Of a stretch of DNA of 64,000 bases, positions 1 to 8,424 are shown piece by piece. Numbering within the stretch: position 1 is the first letter of the stretch; each line of letters begins with the position of its first letter. The notes under the pieces are model-generated. The model had not been told where the DNA came from and did not search any database. It was given only the letters and a program-made list of their open reading frames with translations. Source of the stretch: Methanotrichaceae archaeon (GTDB taxonomy: Archaea > Halobacteriota > Methanosarcinia > Methanotrichales > Methanotrichaceae). The stretch is from contig CAWEXU010000013.1 of NCBI GenBank assembly GCA_963813075.1, positions 128,001 to 192,000 on the forward strand, read 5' to 3'. The translations under genes and the position numbers were made by a program.

Positions 1-74
1 TAAGGACTGTGCAATCAATCTATAAATACTTATATAATTCGTTTCATCTTAACTGAGCAAAAATTTTCCGTTTC

Positions 75-842
75 TCAAGTTCTTCTGTTGAGAGTTTCCA
101 GATCTGACCAAATGCGACCAGAAAGATAATCCGGAAATGAATAAATACCAGTCACCTGCAAATAACATCTATCCGGGTATTTAGCCAATTTCGAGCTGAA
201 AACCAATCCTTAGGATGATCTCAGATTTTTGCAGATCTTCTGTAACAGATTGAGCTGCATTGCCTTGAGTCAATTTTTCTCTAAAGCATAAATGGTCAAG
301 GTAGTACCTAAAAGTCAAATCGGTTATAGGTAATCGATATAATGCCTTGCAGGAATCTTTGTAATACCAATCGATATTCTAAATTACCAAATTGCTTCCC
401 ATAATGTACTCCAATAATTTCTGGATGTGCTATCGTTCCTAATGATCGCTTCCTTCACCTCTACCAACATACCAGCCGCTTGTCCAGCCAGTCGATTTGT
501 GTACTGTTGCACCGAAAATCTTATCAACGCTCTTATCACAGATTCTTAATAAAAAGGATCTTTTTTGCTCTAAATTTAATAACCCTAAGTATATGCAATA
601 ATTCGGGGATGCCAGCCAGTCTTCTGTGTGAGGTGGGCAAGATCTTGCATCAGGCTCCACAAAATTGAAATCTACGATGGAAAAAGGACGAATTATCGTT
701 ATTATACTTTCTTTAAGATAATTTTTCGTTAACTTTTCGTCAATTATTGGGCGCACACATCTCCATCTTGAAGATAACCCGCAATGCATATTCTATTTTG
801 GCTCATTTGAGTTAAATCGGTGATAACTAACGGTTTCTTCAT
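75..842 (-). CDS. Putative dual-OB-fold protein of the DUF488-associated type, broken by several frameshifts
   Basis: ATG at 842 gives MKKPLVITDLTQMSQNRICIAG. Other frames continue ..RCVRPII..PPHTEDW..(RSLGTI)..YRLPITDLTFR..DRCYLQVTGIYSFPDYL. Lies directly downstream of two DUF488 genes. 3' end approximate. Confidence 0.6.
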
Positions 843-859
843 GTTAATCAAAAATGTAT

Positions 860-1299
860 TTATATAATATGTTTGATTTCAATGTTATGCCAATGTCTTC
901 CTAATCTCTCAGCCACAAGTCTCCTATGACATTTTTCTGGTGTGGCCTCACTGCACAGCAAACAGCAATTCTTTTCCTCGAACAAGCGCTTATCTAATGA
1001 ATTTGGAATATTTCTTTCATCCATTAATTCTTCAAATCGAGTAGCGTATTTGCTCCAATCTTATCATCTCGATACATAGATAATATCTCATCCGTCGGTG
1101 CTAACATTTTTAAATGATGATATTCGCAATTAAGTAGTTTAGAAAGGAAAAAAGATAAATCATCCTTTTTGGCAAATCCAGCAAGCTGACCCTGTGGATT
1201 TAGCCTGATATCCAGCAAGCGTTCTATATGATTTTCGTTCAACAAGTTAAAGAATCGTTCTGCCGATTTTTTGGTAAATCCTATTGTGCAGAGTTTCAT
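860..1299 (-). CDS. DUF488 family protein (frameshift near 1060)
   Basis: MKLCTIGFTKKSAERFF..LLDIRLNPQGQLAGFAKKDDL; the alternative frame continues to CLLCSEATPEKCHRRLVAERL with a stop at 860. Confidence 0.8.
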
Positions 1300-1303
1300 G
1301 GAT

Positions 1304-1876
1304 TTACACCGTTACAGCATAATCCCCAAGTCTATATTGGACCGGTTGTTTTTTCTTTTTAATAAGCGAGATTTCAGTCTCAAGAACACCAATGCCTCGA
1401 ATGTGGCTAATGGTTATTCCCAATTCTATCAAGGTCTTAGTGATCAAGTATTTTCTATGACAACGATTTGGATTTTCCTCACTGCAAAGTATCGCTGTCT
1501 TATGATCCCTAGCGATATCTATAAGCTGTTGAATCCCTTGCTTATAAAAATCGCGTTTAGCAACTTCGTTATAATCGACTAATTCCAAATAATTCGCTTT
1601 TCCTTCTGGCAAAGTTCCATTCTTATAGCATGTAGGATCTTTTGGACGACCACCCAGACAGGATCCGAGGAATTTGTAATTGATTCCATAGCTGGTTAAG
1701 GTTTCAGATAGCGTTTTTTGATTAAATTGCGGAACAAATCGGCTATATGGAAAACTTCGCACATCCACTAGGGTATCAATTTGATACTTCCTTAGTAAAC
1801 TTATAAATTCTTGATCTGTCCTATTGCTGTGGCCTATTGTGTATATTTCCATTTGTTGAATTTTAGCAGCCATCAT
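1304..1876 (-). CDS. DUF488 family protein
   Basis: IYTIGHSNR, LVDVRSFPYSR, LGGRP and ILCSEENPNRCHRKYLI motifs. Confidence 0.9.
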   Translation of the reverse strand: MMAAKIQQMEIYTIGHSNRTDQEFISLLRKYQIDTLVDVRSFPYSRFVPQFNQKTLSETLTSYGINYKFLGSCLGGRPKDPTCYKNGTLPEGKANYLELVDYNEVAKRDFYKQGIQQLIDIARDHKTAILCSEENPNRCHRKYLITKTLIELGITISHIRGIGVLETEISLIKKKKQPVQYRLGDYAVTV

Positions 1877-2000
1877 GCCTAAACACCAGCAAATTGTATC
1901 TTATCTCTCCTTATTGATAAAGATACACTATAACAAGAGAAATGGACCAAGTAAATCGCGCAACAACCTGCGAGTTGTGATGTTTTACTTATTTTAAAAG

Positions 2001-2495
2001 TTAAGAATACATCTCTACGTTATTCCAGCTAAGGCTATCATTTCCCACCCGGGGCACATAAGCCTGATAGCTCTTCTTGACATCCTCAGCATCTATATGA
2101 TAGTATTCATCGATTCCTCCATGGCATCTCCTCGGGTCCACTTCACATGATCTCGACTCATCCCGGCCCGGAGCAGGTGGGATTACCAGCCAGTGCCTGC
2201 AGCAGTACGGAGTGAGCCGATCGGCCAGTCTCTCCGAGGCCGAATTACAGCCCGACGCGAGCGGCATGCTTCCTGGTGCTAATAAACAGAGCTAATCTGT
2301 CACGTATATCCGGCTTGCCAAATAGGCATGTAGCATCCACGTCATCTTGTGGTCGAAAGAGCTGCCTATCACTTTTCTTTGCGGTGGCTTCAGGACCAGG
2401 GACATGTCTTGCATATCTAAGTCACTCACATCCAATTTTAAGGAGTAGACTAGAAACGCTTTATAACGGTTATGCAAGATGGAATTGATTAGCAT
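2001..2495 (-). pseudogene. Degenerate tyrosine recombinase/integrase, C-terminal half
   Basis: Fragments MLINSILHNRYKAFLVYSLK-LDVSDLD..LVLKP..FDH, RLTPYCCRHW and IDEYYHIDAEDVKKSYQAYVP resemble Methanosarcinales integrases. The TGxRxxE catalytic-Arg segment is missing and there are several frameshifts. Confidence 0.65.
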
Positions 2496-2628
2496 GCTGC
2501 CAGATCCGCCTCAGACAAATTGGTTTACACTGTGACAGATCCCGCCTCGCCAGGTCTTCCCCATCAAAGCCGGGTCAAAGCATAAAATAATAATACCAGT
2601 ATGCCCTTCTATTATTGGTGAACTTCCT

Positions 2629-3645
2629 TTGCACTTAAGCGAGTCCAGAACCATCTGGTGGGACGAAGGCCTCTGGCTTATCGATCAGACCCAGCTTCCC
2701 GAGAAGCTTGTTCCCCTGAAAATCGAGAGCATAAAGCAGCTGGTGGCCGCCATAAAGTCGCTGTCCGTCCGTGGTGCCCCAGCTCTTGGGGCCGCCGGGG
2801 CCTACGGCATCGCTCTGGCCGCAGAGAAATCCCACGCCAGCAACGCTTTTGATATGATCGACGAGCTGGAATTGGCCGCCGATATGATCCGCAGCTCCCG
2901 ACCCACGGCGATCAACCTCTCCTGGGGGGTGGACAGAGCCCTGAAGGAGGCCAGAGAGGGAGTGAGCACGGAGGAGATCCGCGAGGCAGCGCTGCGATCG
3001 GCAGAGGGGATCGCTGAAGAGGACATCAGGGTCAATCGAGCCCTAGGAAAGAACGGTGCAAGGCTTTTGGAGGACGGGGACACCATTCTCACCCACTGCA
3101 ATGCCGGCAGGCTGGCCTGCGTGGGCTGGGGAACCGCTCTGGGAGTGGTGCGCTCGGCGGTCGAATTGGGAAAGAATATCCGGGTATTCGCCTGCGAGAC
3201 CAGGCCTCTGCATCAGGGCTCCCGTCTGACCGCCTGGGAGCTGATGGAGGACAAAATCCCGGTAACCCTGATCTGCGAGAGCATGTCCGGCAGCCTGATG
3301 CGTAAAGGTAAGATCGATAAGGTCATCGTGGGGGCGGACCGGATCACCAGGGATGCGGTCTTCAATAAGATCGGCACCTACAATCATGCTGTCCTGGCCA
3401 AATACCACAAGGTGCCCTTCTATGTGGCCGCGCCCCTCTCCACCTTCGACCGTACAAACGACGAGGAGGACATCATAATAGAGGAACGGGACCCTGAGGA
3501 GATCTGCACCCTGGGTGGAGTGCGTCTCGCCCCCCTGGGGGTCAACGTCTACAACCCGGCATTCGATGCCACTCCCCTGGAGCTGATCTCTGCCTTGATA
3601 ACCGAGAAGGGCGTCTTTCGGCCGCCGCTCATGCCTCCAATATAG
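2629..3645 (+). CDS. mtnA: S-methyl-5-thioribose-1-phosphate isomerase (eIF2B-like family)
   Basis: VRGAPALG, SRPTAINL, LTHCNAG, ETRPLHQGSRLTAWEL, NKIGTY and NPAFDATP motifs. Confidence 0.9.
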   Translation: MHLSESRTIWWDEGLWLIDQTQLPEKLVPLKIESIKQLVAAIKSLSVRGAPALGAAGAYGIALAAEKSHASNAFDMIDELELAADMIRSSRPTAINLSWGVDRALKEAREGVSTEEIREAALRSAEGIAEEDIRVNRALGKNGARLLEDGDTILTHCNAGRLACVGWGTALGVVRSAVELGKNIRVFACETRPLHQGSRLTAWELMEDKIPVTLICESMSGSLMRKGKIDKVIVGADRITRDAVFNKIGTYNHAVLAKYHKVPFYVAAPLSTFDRTNDEEDIIIEERDPEEICTLGGVRLAPLGVNVYNPAFDATPLELISALITEKGVFRPPLMPPI

Positions 3646-3685
3646 ATTCATGGATATCTGATTGGATACCTCATATACCGATAGG

Positions 3686-3723
3686 AGACCTGATCGGATA
3701 CCTGATCGGATACCTGATCGGAT
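3686..3723. repeat. 12-bp tandem repeat (ACCTGATCGGAT) x3, with degenerate copies upstream
   Basis: gacctgatcggatacctgatcggatacctgatcggat read directly in the mtnA-mtnP spacer. Confidence 0.85.
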
Positions 3724-3777
3724 TGAAAGCCCTCTTTTTACAGAAAGGTAGTTTAAGATAAAAGAGAATCCATTCTT

Positions 3778-4546
3778 ATGGATGCAGAAATCGCAGTCAT
3801 CGGCGGAGTGGGCTTCACCTTAGAGGGGGTAGCAGATGAGGTGGACACGGCCTATGGTCCCGTCCCTGCTGTTCGCAGCCGGATAAAAAGCCAGAGGCTG
3901 GCCTTCATCCCCCGCCACGGCAATGGCCACCCTCCCCCTCATAAGATCAACTACCGGGCCATCATCTCTGCAGTCAAGAAGATCGGCGCTCAATGGGTCA
4001 TATCGGTCAATAGCGTGGGAGGGATGGCATCTCAGCCCGTGGGGAGCATATTCCTGCCCAATGACTTCGTCGAGTTCACCAAATGCCGGCCCAACACATT
4101 CTATGAGGACCGGGCAGTGCATATAGGCCTGAAGGAACCCTACTGCCCAAGTCTTCGAGGCCATCTTTCTTCAGCAGCGCAGTCGCTTGATCTGAAGATA
4201 TCGGAAGGGGTCTACGTCTGCGCTGAAGGCCCCCACCTGGAGTCGCCCGCCCAGATCAGAATGATGCGCCAGTTCGGGAATGTGGTGGGTATGACCGGCT
4301 ATCCGGAGGTGGTCCTGGCCAGAGAGGCAGAGCTATGTTATGCCTCCATCTGCATCAGTCACCAATCCCGCCGCCGGAATGGAGGAATCGGAGAGCTTTT
4401 CCGCCAGCGATATCCCTGGGCGGATGAAAAAGTGCCACCAGGATGTCAGGGAGATGATATATCAGGCAGCTATAAAAATGGACGAAAAACTGGGTGAAAA
4501 TAGATCCTGCCATTGCAGAGAATCCCTATCGGGAGCCACTCTATAA
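3778..4546 (+). CDS. mtnP: MTAP-family purine nucleoside phosphorylase (frameshift near 4358)
   Basis: PRHG..PPHKINYRA, EGPHLESPAQIRM, VVGMTGYPEVVLARE; the C-terminus (VTNPAAG..CHC) is in the alternative frame ending at 4546. Confidence 0.8.
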
Positions 4547-4557
4547 AGGTGGCTCCC
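4531..4557. terminator. Hairpin between convergent genes
   Basis: Perfect 9-bp inverted repeat gggagccac/gtggctccc overlapping the mtnP stop. Confidence 0.45.
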
Positions 4558-4594
4558 CGCGGGCCTTGCCCAGAAAAAAGGCCGTTTGATAAGC

Positions 4595-4990
4595 TCACAT
4601 CACCTCGACCTGAACACTCCCCTGCCCGGTCCTGCCGCTCTCGTCCATTGCCTTGAGGATGATGATATGTCCTCCTTTTTCCAGGTCGGCTGGATTCAGC
4701 TCGAACGACTTGGTGCTAGACAGCTTTCCATCGATGCTCGAGCTCCATTCGTAGCTCAGATCTCCTTTGCCCCCTTCTGCAGAACCGTCAAAGCTCATAT
4801 CCTCATCTCCCTGGATGATCTGTCCCGCACCTGGTGAGGTGATGGTCACTTTTATCTCCTCAGAGCTGTCGGCTTCTGCCGGCGAGGCTCCAGCACTTTC
4901 TTTCGCAGAATCGTCGCCACTGTCTCCCTGCTCCATGCACCCTGCGGATAGAAGGGCAAGGAATGTTGCCAGTATGATTATCAGCTTCAT
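4595..4990 (-). CDS. Lipoprotein with a PKD/Ig-like domain
   Basis: MKLIIILATFLALLSAGC lipobox; VTITSP..FDGSA..YEWSSSIDG..GGHIIILKAMD. Confidence 0.75.
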   Translation of the reverse strand: MKLIIILATFLALLSAGCMEQGDSGDDSAKESAGASPAEADSSEEIKVTITSPGAGQIIQGDEDMSFDGSAEGGKGDLSYEWSSSIDGKLSSTKSFELNPADLEKGGHIIILKAMDESGRTGQGSVQVEVM

Positions 4991-5209
4991 GGAATGAATG
5001 GGTGCCATTAATAGAATATATCTTCTCCTATAGAAAATATCTTTATTAGAATAAAAGCAAAGCTAACCATACTGCAGGTTGAGAAATTCTCCGGCTAGCG
5101 CCCTTCCCACAGGGCAGGAAAGGCGCTTAGCTGATGCAGAACGATCCTTGAATCAACGATGGGCATAACTAATGGACATCGGATGATTCCAATGGGCTGG
5201 CCGTAAGGC

Positions 5210-5842
5210 TTATGATGCCGATGGCGCAGCGGGCGGGACCGGCTCAGGCGCTGAGATTATGCTGGGCTCAGTTCTGATCTCCGTCTTTCGCACCTCTACC
5301 CTCCGCAGGGGGTAGATCATTTTCGCTTCCTTATAGATATCCAGTGAGATCTTTCCTCCCACCACATCCTGGATCAACTGGTTCAGGTCCAGGTTCTTTG
5401 ACCTCTCCAAAACCACTGTCTTTGAGAGATCTCTTATGGATTTGACCTGGTTAGCCCGTGCTCTCTTAACTGTAAAGCAGCTGGGCTTGATCCTGACAGT
5501 GTAGCCATCTGTGGTGGTTACATCGACTATGGAATCGATGCGAGAGGTCCTTCTCTTGACCAGTGAGCGCACATAATCTGTGGTCATCTCATGGCCCAGG
5601 AACTTGGTGTATGCCGAGTCGCCGGCCACACGGTCCACTCTGAACTTGAGCTTGGTATTCTGCTTGGAGAAGTTGTTTGTTAGGTCTCCCAGGGTGGTCT
5701 CAATGATCCTTCCCACAATCCTCTCTGGATCGTTGGCGATCGTCTCCCCAAAGGGAACCCTGCCGAACATCTCCGGACTTACAACCTTATACCATTGTTT
5801 GGCCTTTCTGCTATCAGCCTTTCTTTGTGATCTTCTAGCCAA
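5210..5842 (-). CDS. rps3ae: 30S ribosomal protein S3Ae (eS1)
   Basis: KQWYKVVSPEMF, DYVRSLVKRRTSRID and IYPLRRVEVRK motifs. Confidence 0.97.
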   Translation of the reverse strand: MARRSQRKADSRKAKQWYKVVSPEMFGRVPFGETIANDPERIVGRIIETTLGDLTNNFSKQNTKLKFRVDRVAGDSAYTKFLGHEMTTDYVRSLVKRRTSRIDSIVDVTTTDGYTVRIKPSCFTVKRARANQVKSIRDLSKTVVLERSKNLDLNQLIQDVVGGKISLDIYKEAKMIYPLRRVEVRKTEIRTEPSIISAPEPVPPAAPSAS

Positions 5843-6015
5843 TAAACATCCTCCGAGGTAATATTAATCCGAGCTTCGTTCAAGCTCACTGTATTTAAAC
5901 CGATCGCCCAAAAAAAATGCCCTGATCCTCTGGCAGTGACTGCGCCTGAATAATAAAAAAGGCAGCACTTCTTTATATCCGGGTGGTCTCTTGATGCGAT
6001 TACAGCTGTTTTCTT

Positions 6016-6291
6016 TCATTCAACGATCTCTATCTGAAACGATCTCTCTTCTGAAGATTTGCTCTCCCACGGCCTTTTGTGGACCATGATAATCTCGGTC
6101 AAACCAGTCTTGACCGGAACAAAGGTGAATATTTCTATTCCGCCAGAGCCAACGGATTTTGCATCGGATGCTTTGAAATCCTTTTTCTTCAAATCCAGAT
6201 AAGCGCTGTCAAATACCGCCTCCCAGACGTATCCCGTGGTAGGATTAGACTCCAGCGACAAATTGAATTCCACATTCAGGCTCGCATTCAT
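6016..6291 (-). CDS. Chagasin-like protease inhibitor (family I42)
   Basis: LESNPTTGYVW, GSGG and RPWE loops. Confidence 0.9.
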   Translation of the reverse strand: MNASLNVEFNLSLESNPTTGYVWEAVFDSAYLDLKKKDFKASDAKSVGSGGIEIFTFVPVKTGLTEIIMVHKRPWESKSSEERSFQIEIVE

Positions 6292-6332
6292 TGCATCACC
6301 AGGAATGAATATAAAAAAGAATGGACTTTCGA

Positions 6333-7244
6333 CTATTTATACTCAAACTGCCCGGTCTCAATCCAGGTTCCTTTAATGAGCGTCCACCAGTCATCTGCCT
6401 GCCCCGTCAGGACATAGTCATATGGAAGCCATCCATAACCCCCGTCGCCCCAGGATTCTCCCCAGGAGTTTCTTATGAGGAGAGCACCCGTGGTCTCGGT
6501 GCCGCAATTGGTGTTCTTGATCTTCATCTTATCGTCATAGCCCATGGCAACTATGGCATGGCCGCCCATAACATCCTCGTTCTTGCAGGGATAGGGGATC
6601 TTGCCGGTGGTTGCTGCCTGGCTGATTGAGTCGTAGACGGTGAATCCGAAGATCGCCGGAATTCCTGCCGCTATATTCGCTTTGATGCTGGAAAGAAGCT
6701 TGGTGGGCGAGATTCCGGGCGGGTCCAGGTTCACATACTTGAGGGCTTTGTAGTTCTCTGCAAAGCCGAAGAGAAAGGCGGAGGGCTCTTCATCGAATCT
6801 GGAAATATCATACGGCCAGTATTTCTCCGGCGGGACACCAAACAGCACCATCGCTCCCATGGTCGTGCGCAGATAAGCACCCGTGTCTCCTGTCTCTTGC
6901 ATCAAGTTTCTCGTCACCTTGTAAAGAAACAGCCTGGAAGCATCGATGTGCTCTCCGAATGCCCTTCTCTCGAAATACTCAAAGACCCCAACACCGGCAT
7001 TTGCAGTGCATGACCCCAACTCTCCCTGATCCTCTATGGGGGAGAACCATTTTTTGAGATCAACCGATGCGGGCAGAGTGGAGGCCGCTGCCTTGGAGAG
7101 CTTAAGCGGACCTAGAATATCAGCTATCTCGCTGGTCTGGATGGTATAGTCCCTCAAGTCAGGAAGCTCGGGGCGCCAGCCCATTCCTTTCGTCTTCTCG
7201 CCTTCCTTTGATTCCAACCCCAAATCTTTTAATAGTATAGACAT
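6333..7244 (-). CDS. Papain-like cysteine peptidase (family C1)
   Basis: DQGELGSCTA (Gln/Cys), GGHAI (His), RNSWGESWG (Asn). Confidence 0.92.
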   Translation of the reverse strand: MSILLKDLGLESKEGEKTKGMGWRPELPDLRDYTIQTSEIADILGPLKLSKAAASTLPASVDLKKWFSPIEDQGELGSCTANAGVGVFEYFERRAFGEHIDASRLFLYKVTRNLMQETGDTGAYLRTTMGAMVLFGVPPEKYWPYDISRFDEEPSAFLFGFAENYKALKYVNLDPPGISPTKLLSSIKANIAAGIPAIFGFTVYDSISQAATTGKIPYPCKNEDVMGGHAIVAMGYDDKMKIKNTNCGTETTGALLIRNSWGESWGDGGYGWLPYDYVLTGQADDWWTLIKGTWIETGQFEYK

Positions 7245-7390
7245 TAACCTTCACCACTGTATAGTCTGCTAAGCTCTAATGGTCCTTTTCCTGCCATCTG
7301 CGGAGGGATACATCTGTTAATAATTTTTTATTTATCCAGCCATTTTTGGTATTTAGATATTATCACTTATTACTATTTAAATATTTCGAA

Positions 7391-7454
7391 GTGTAGGGAT
7401 GGCTGTGTAGGGATGACTGTGTAGGGATGACTGTGCAGGGATGGCTGATAGGGA
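7391..7454. repeat. 14-bp tandem repeat (GTGTAGGGATG[G/A]CT), about 4.5 copies
   Basis: gtgtagggatggctgtgtagggatgactgtgtagggatgactgtgcagggatggctgataggga. Confidence 0.85.
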
Positions 7455-7509
7455 TAAGCAATGGTCGTGGCTGAGAAATTATATATCGCTTCCAGCCATA
7501 TCATCCTTG

Positions 7510-8406
7510 ATGGCCTACTATGATACTGTCCGGCGCACTCTGATAATGATATTTGCGCTAAACATAACCGTCGCCATTTTAAAAGGCGGCTATGGCCTTC
7601 TCACCAATTCCCTGAGCATGAGTGCGGACGGTCTGCATTCCCTCTTCGACAGCAGCTCCAACATTATCGGACTGGTGGGAATCTCCCTGGCCTCCCGCCC
7701 TCCGGACAGAGAGCATCCATACGGCCATGCCAAGTTCGAGACCTTTGCCTCGGTGGGCATCGCCGTTCTGCTCTTCGCCACCTGCTTTCAACTGATTATT
7801 GAGGCCATTGATCGCTTCCAAAACCCTTCCCTCCCCCAGGTGACCGAGCTTTCCTTTGCCATCATGGCGGTAACGCTGATCATCAACATTGCCGTCTCAG
7901 GATATGAGAATAAGATGGGAAATAGGCTAAAGAGCAGCATTCTGGTTGCTGACTCCAGGCACACCAGAAGCGACATCTTTGCCTCTGCAGGAGTAGTCTT
8001 GGGATTCGTGGCCATAAAGATGGGCTATCCCCAGGCCGATCCGGCGGCAACGCTTTTTGTCTGCGGTCTGATCATTATTACCGGCCTGGAAATCATAAGG
8101 GACAGCTCCAAAGTATTGCTGGACAGAGCGGTAATCAATGACAGGGTAATTGTCGATCTGGCCGGATCAGTAGATGGGGTCAACTCCTGCCATAACATCC
8201 GAACGCGCGGCCCGGCAGGAGAGGTGTATATGGATCTGCATATCGGTGTTGACCCGTCACTGTCCATGGATAGAGCTCATGAGGTGGGCAAAGCGGTCGA
8301 GCTGACGATAAAAAGCAGCATAGAAGGGGTCAGAGATGTGGTGGTGCACCTTGAGCCCTGGGATGAAGCCGGCCGTAAAAGAGATGAAAAACATATCAAT
8401 GGATGA
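7510..8406 (+). CDS. Cation diffusion facilitator (FieF-like) transporter
   Basis: ADGLHSLFD, HPYGHAKFE, ADSRHTRSD, plus a C-terminal dimerisation domain (DLHIGVD..VVVHLEP). Confidence 0.92.
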   Translation: MAYYDTVRRTLIMIFALNITVAILKGGYGLLTNSLSMSADGLHSLFDSSSNIIGLVGISLASRPPDREHPYGHAKFETFASVGIAVLLFATCFQLIIEAIDRFQNPSLPQVTELSFAIMAVTLIINIAVSGYENKMGNRLKSSILVADSRHTRSDIFASAGVVLGFVAIKMGYPQADPAATLFVCGLIIITGLEIIRDSSKVLLDRAVINDRVIVDLAGSVDGVNSCHNIRTRGPAGEVYMDLHIGVDPSLSMDRAHEVGKAVELTIKSSIEGVRDVVVHLEPWDEAGRKRDEKHING

Positions 8407-8424
8407 ATTATTGAGGATGAGCAA

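Noticed and set aside
7391..7454. CRISPR array (also considered for 3686-3723)
   Set aside because: Units are 12-14 bp, head-to-tail with no spacers, and there are no cas genes.
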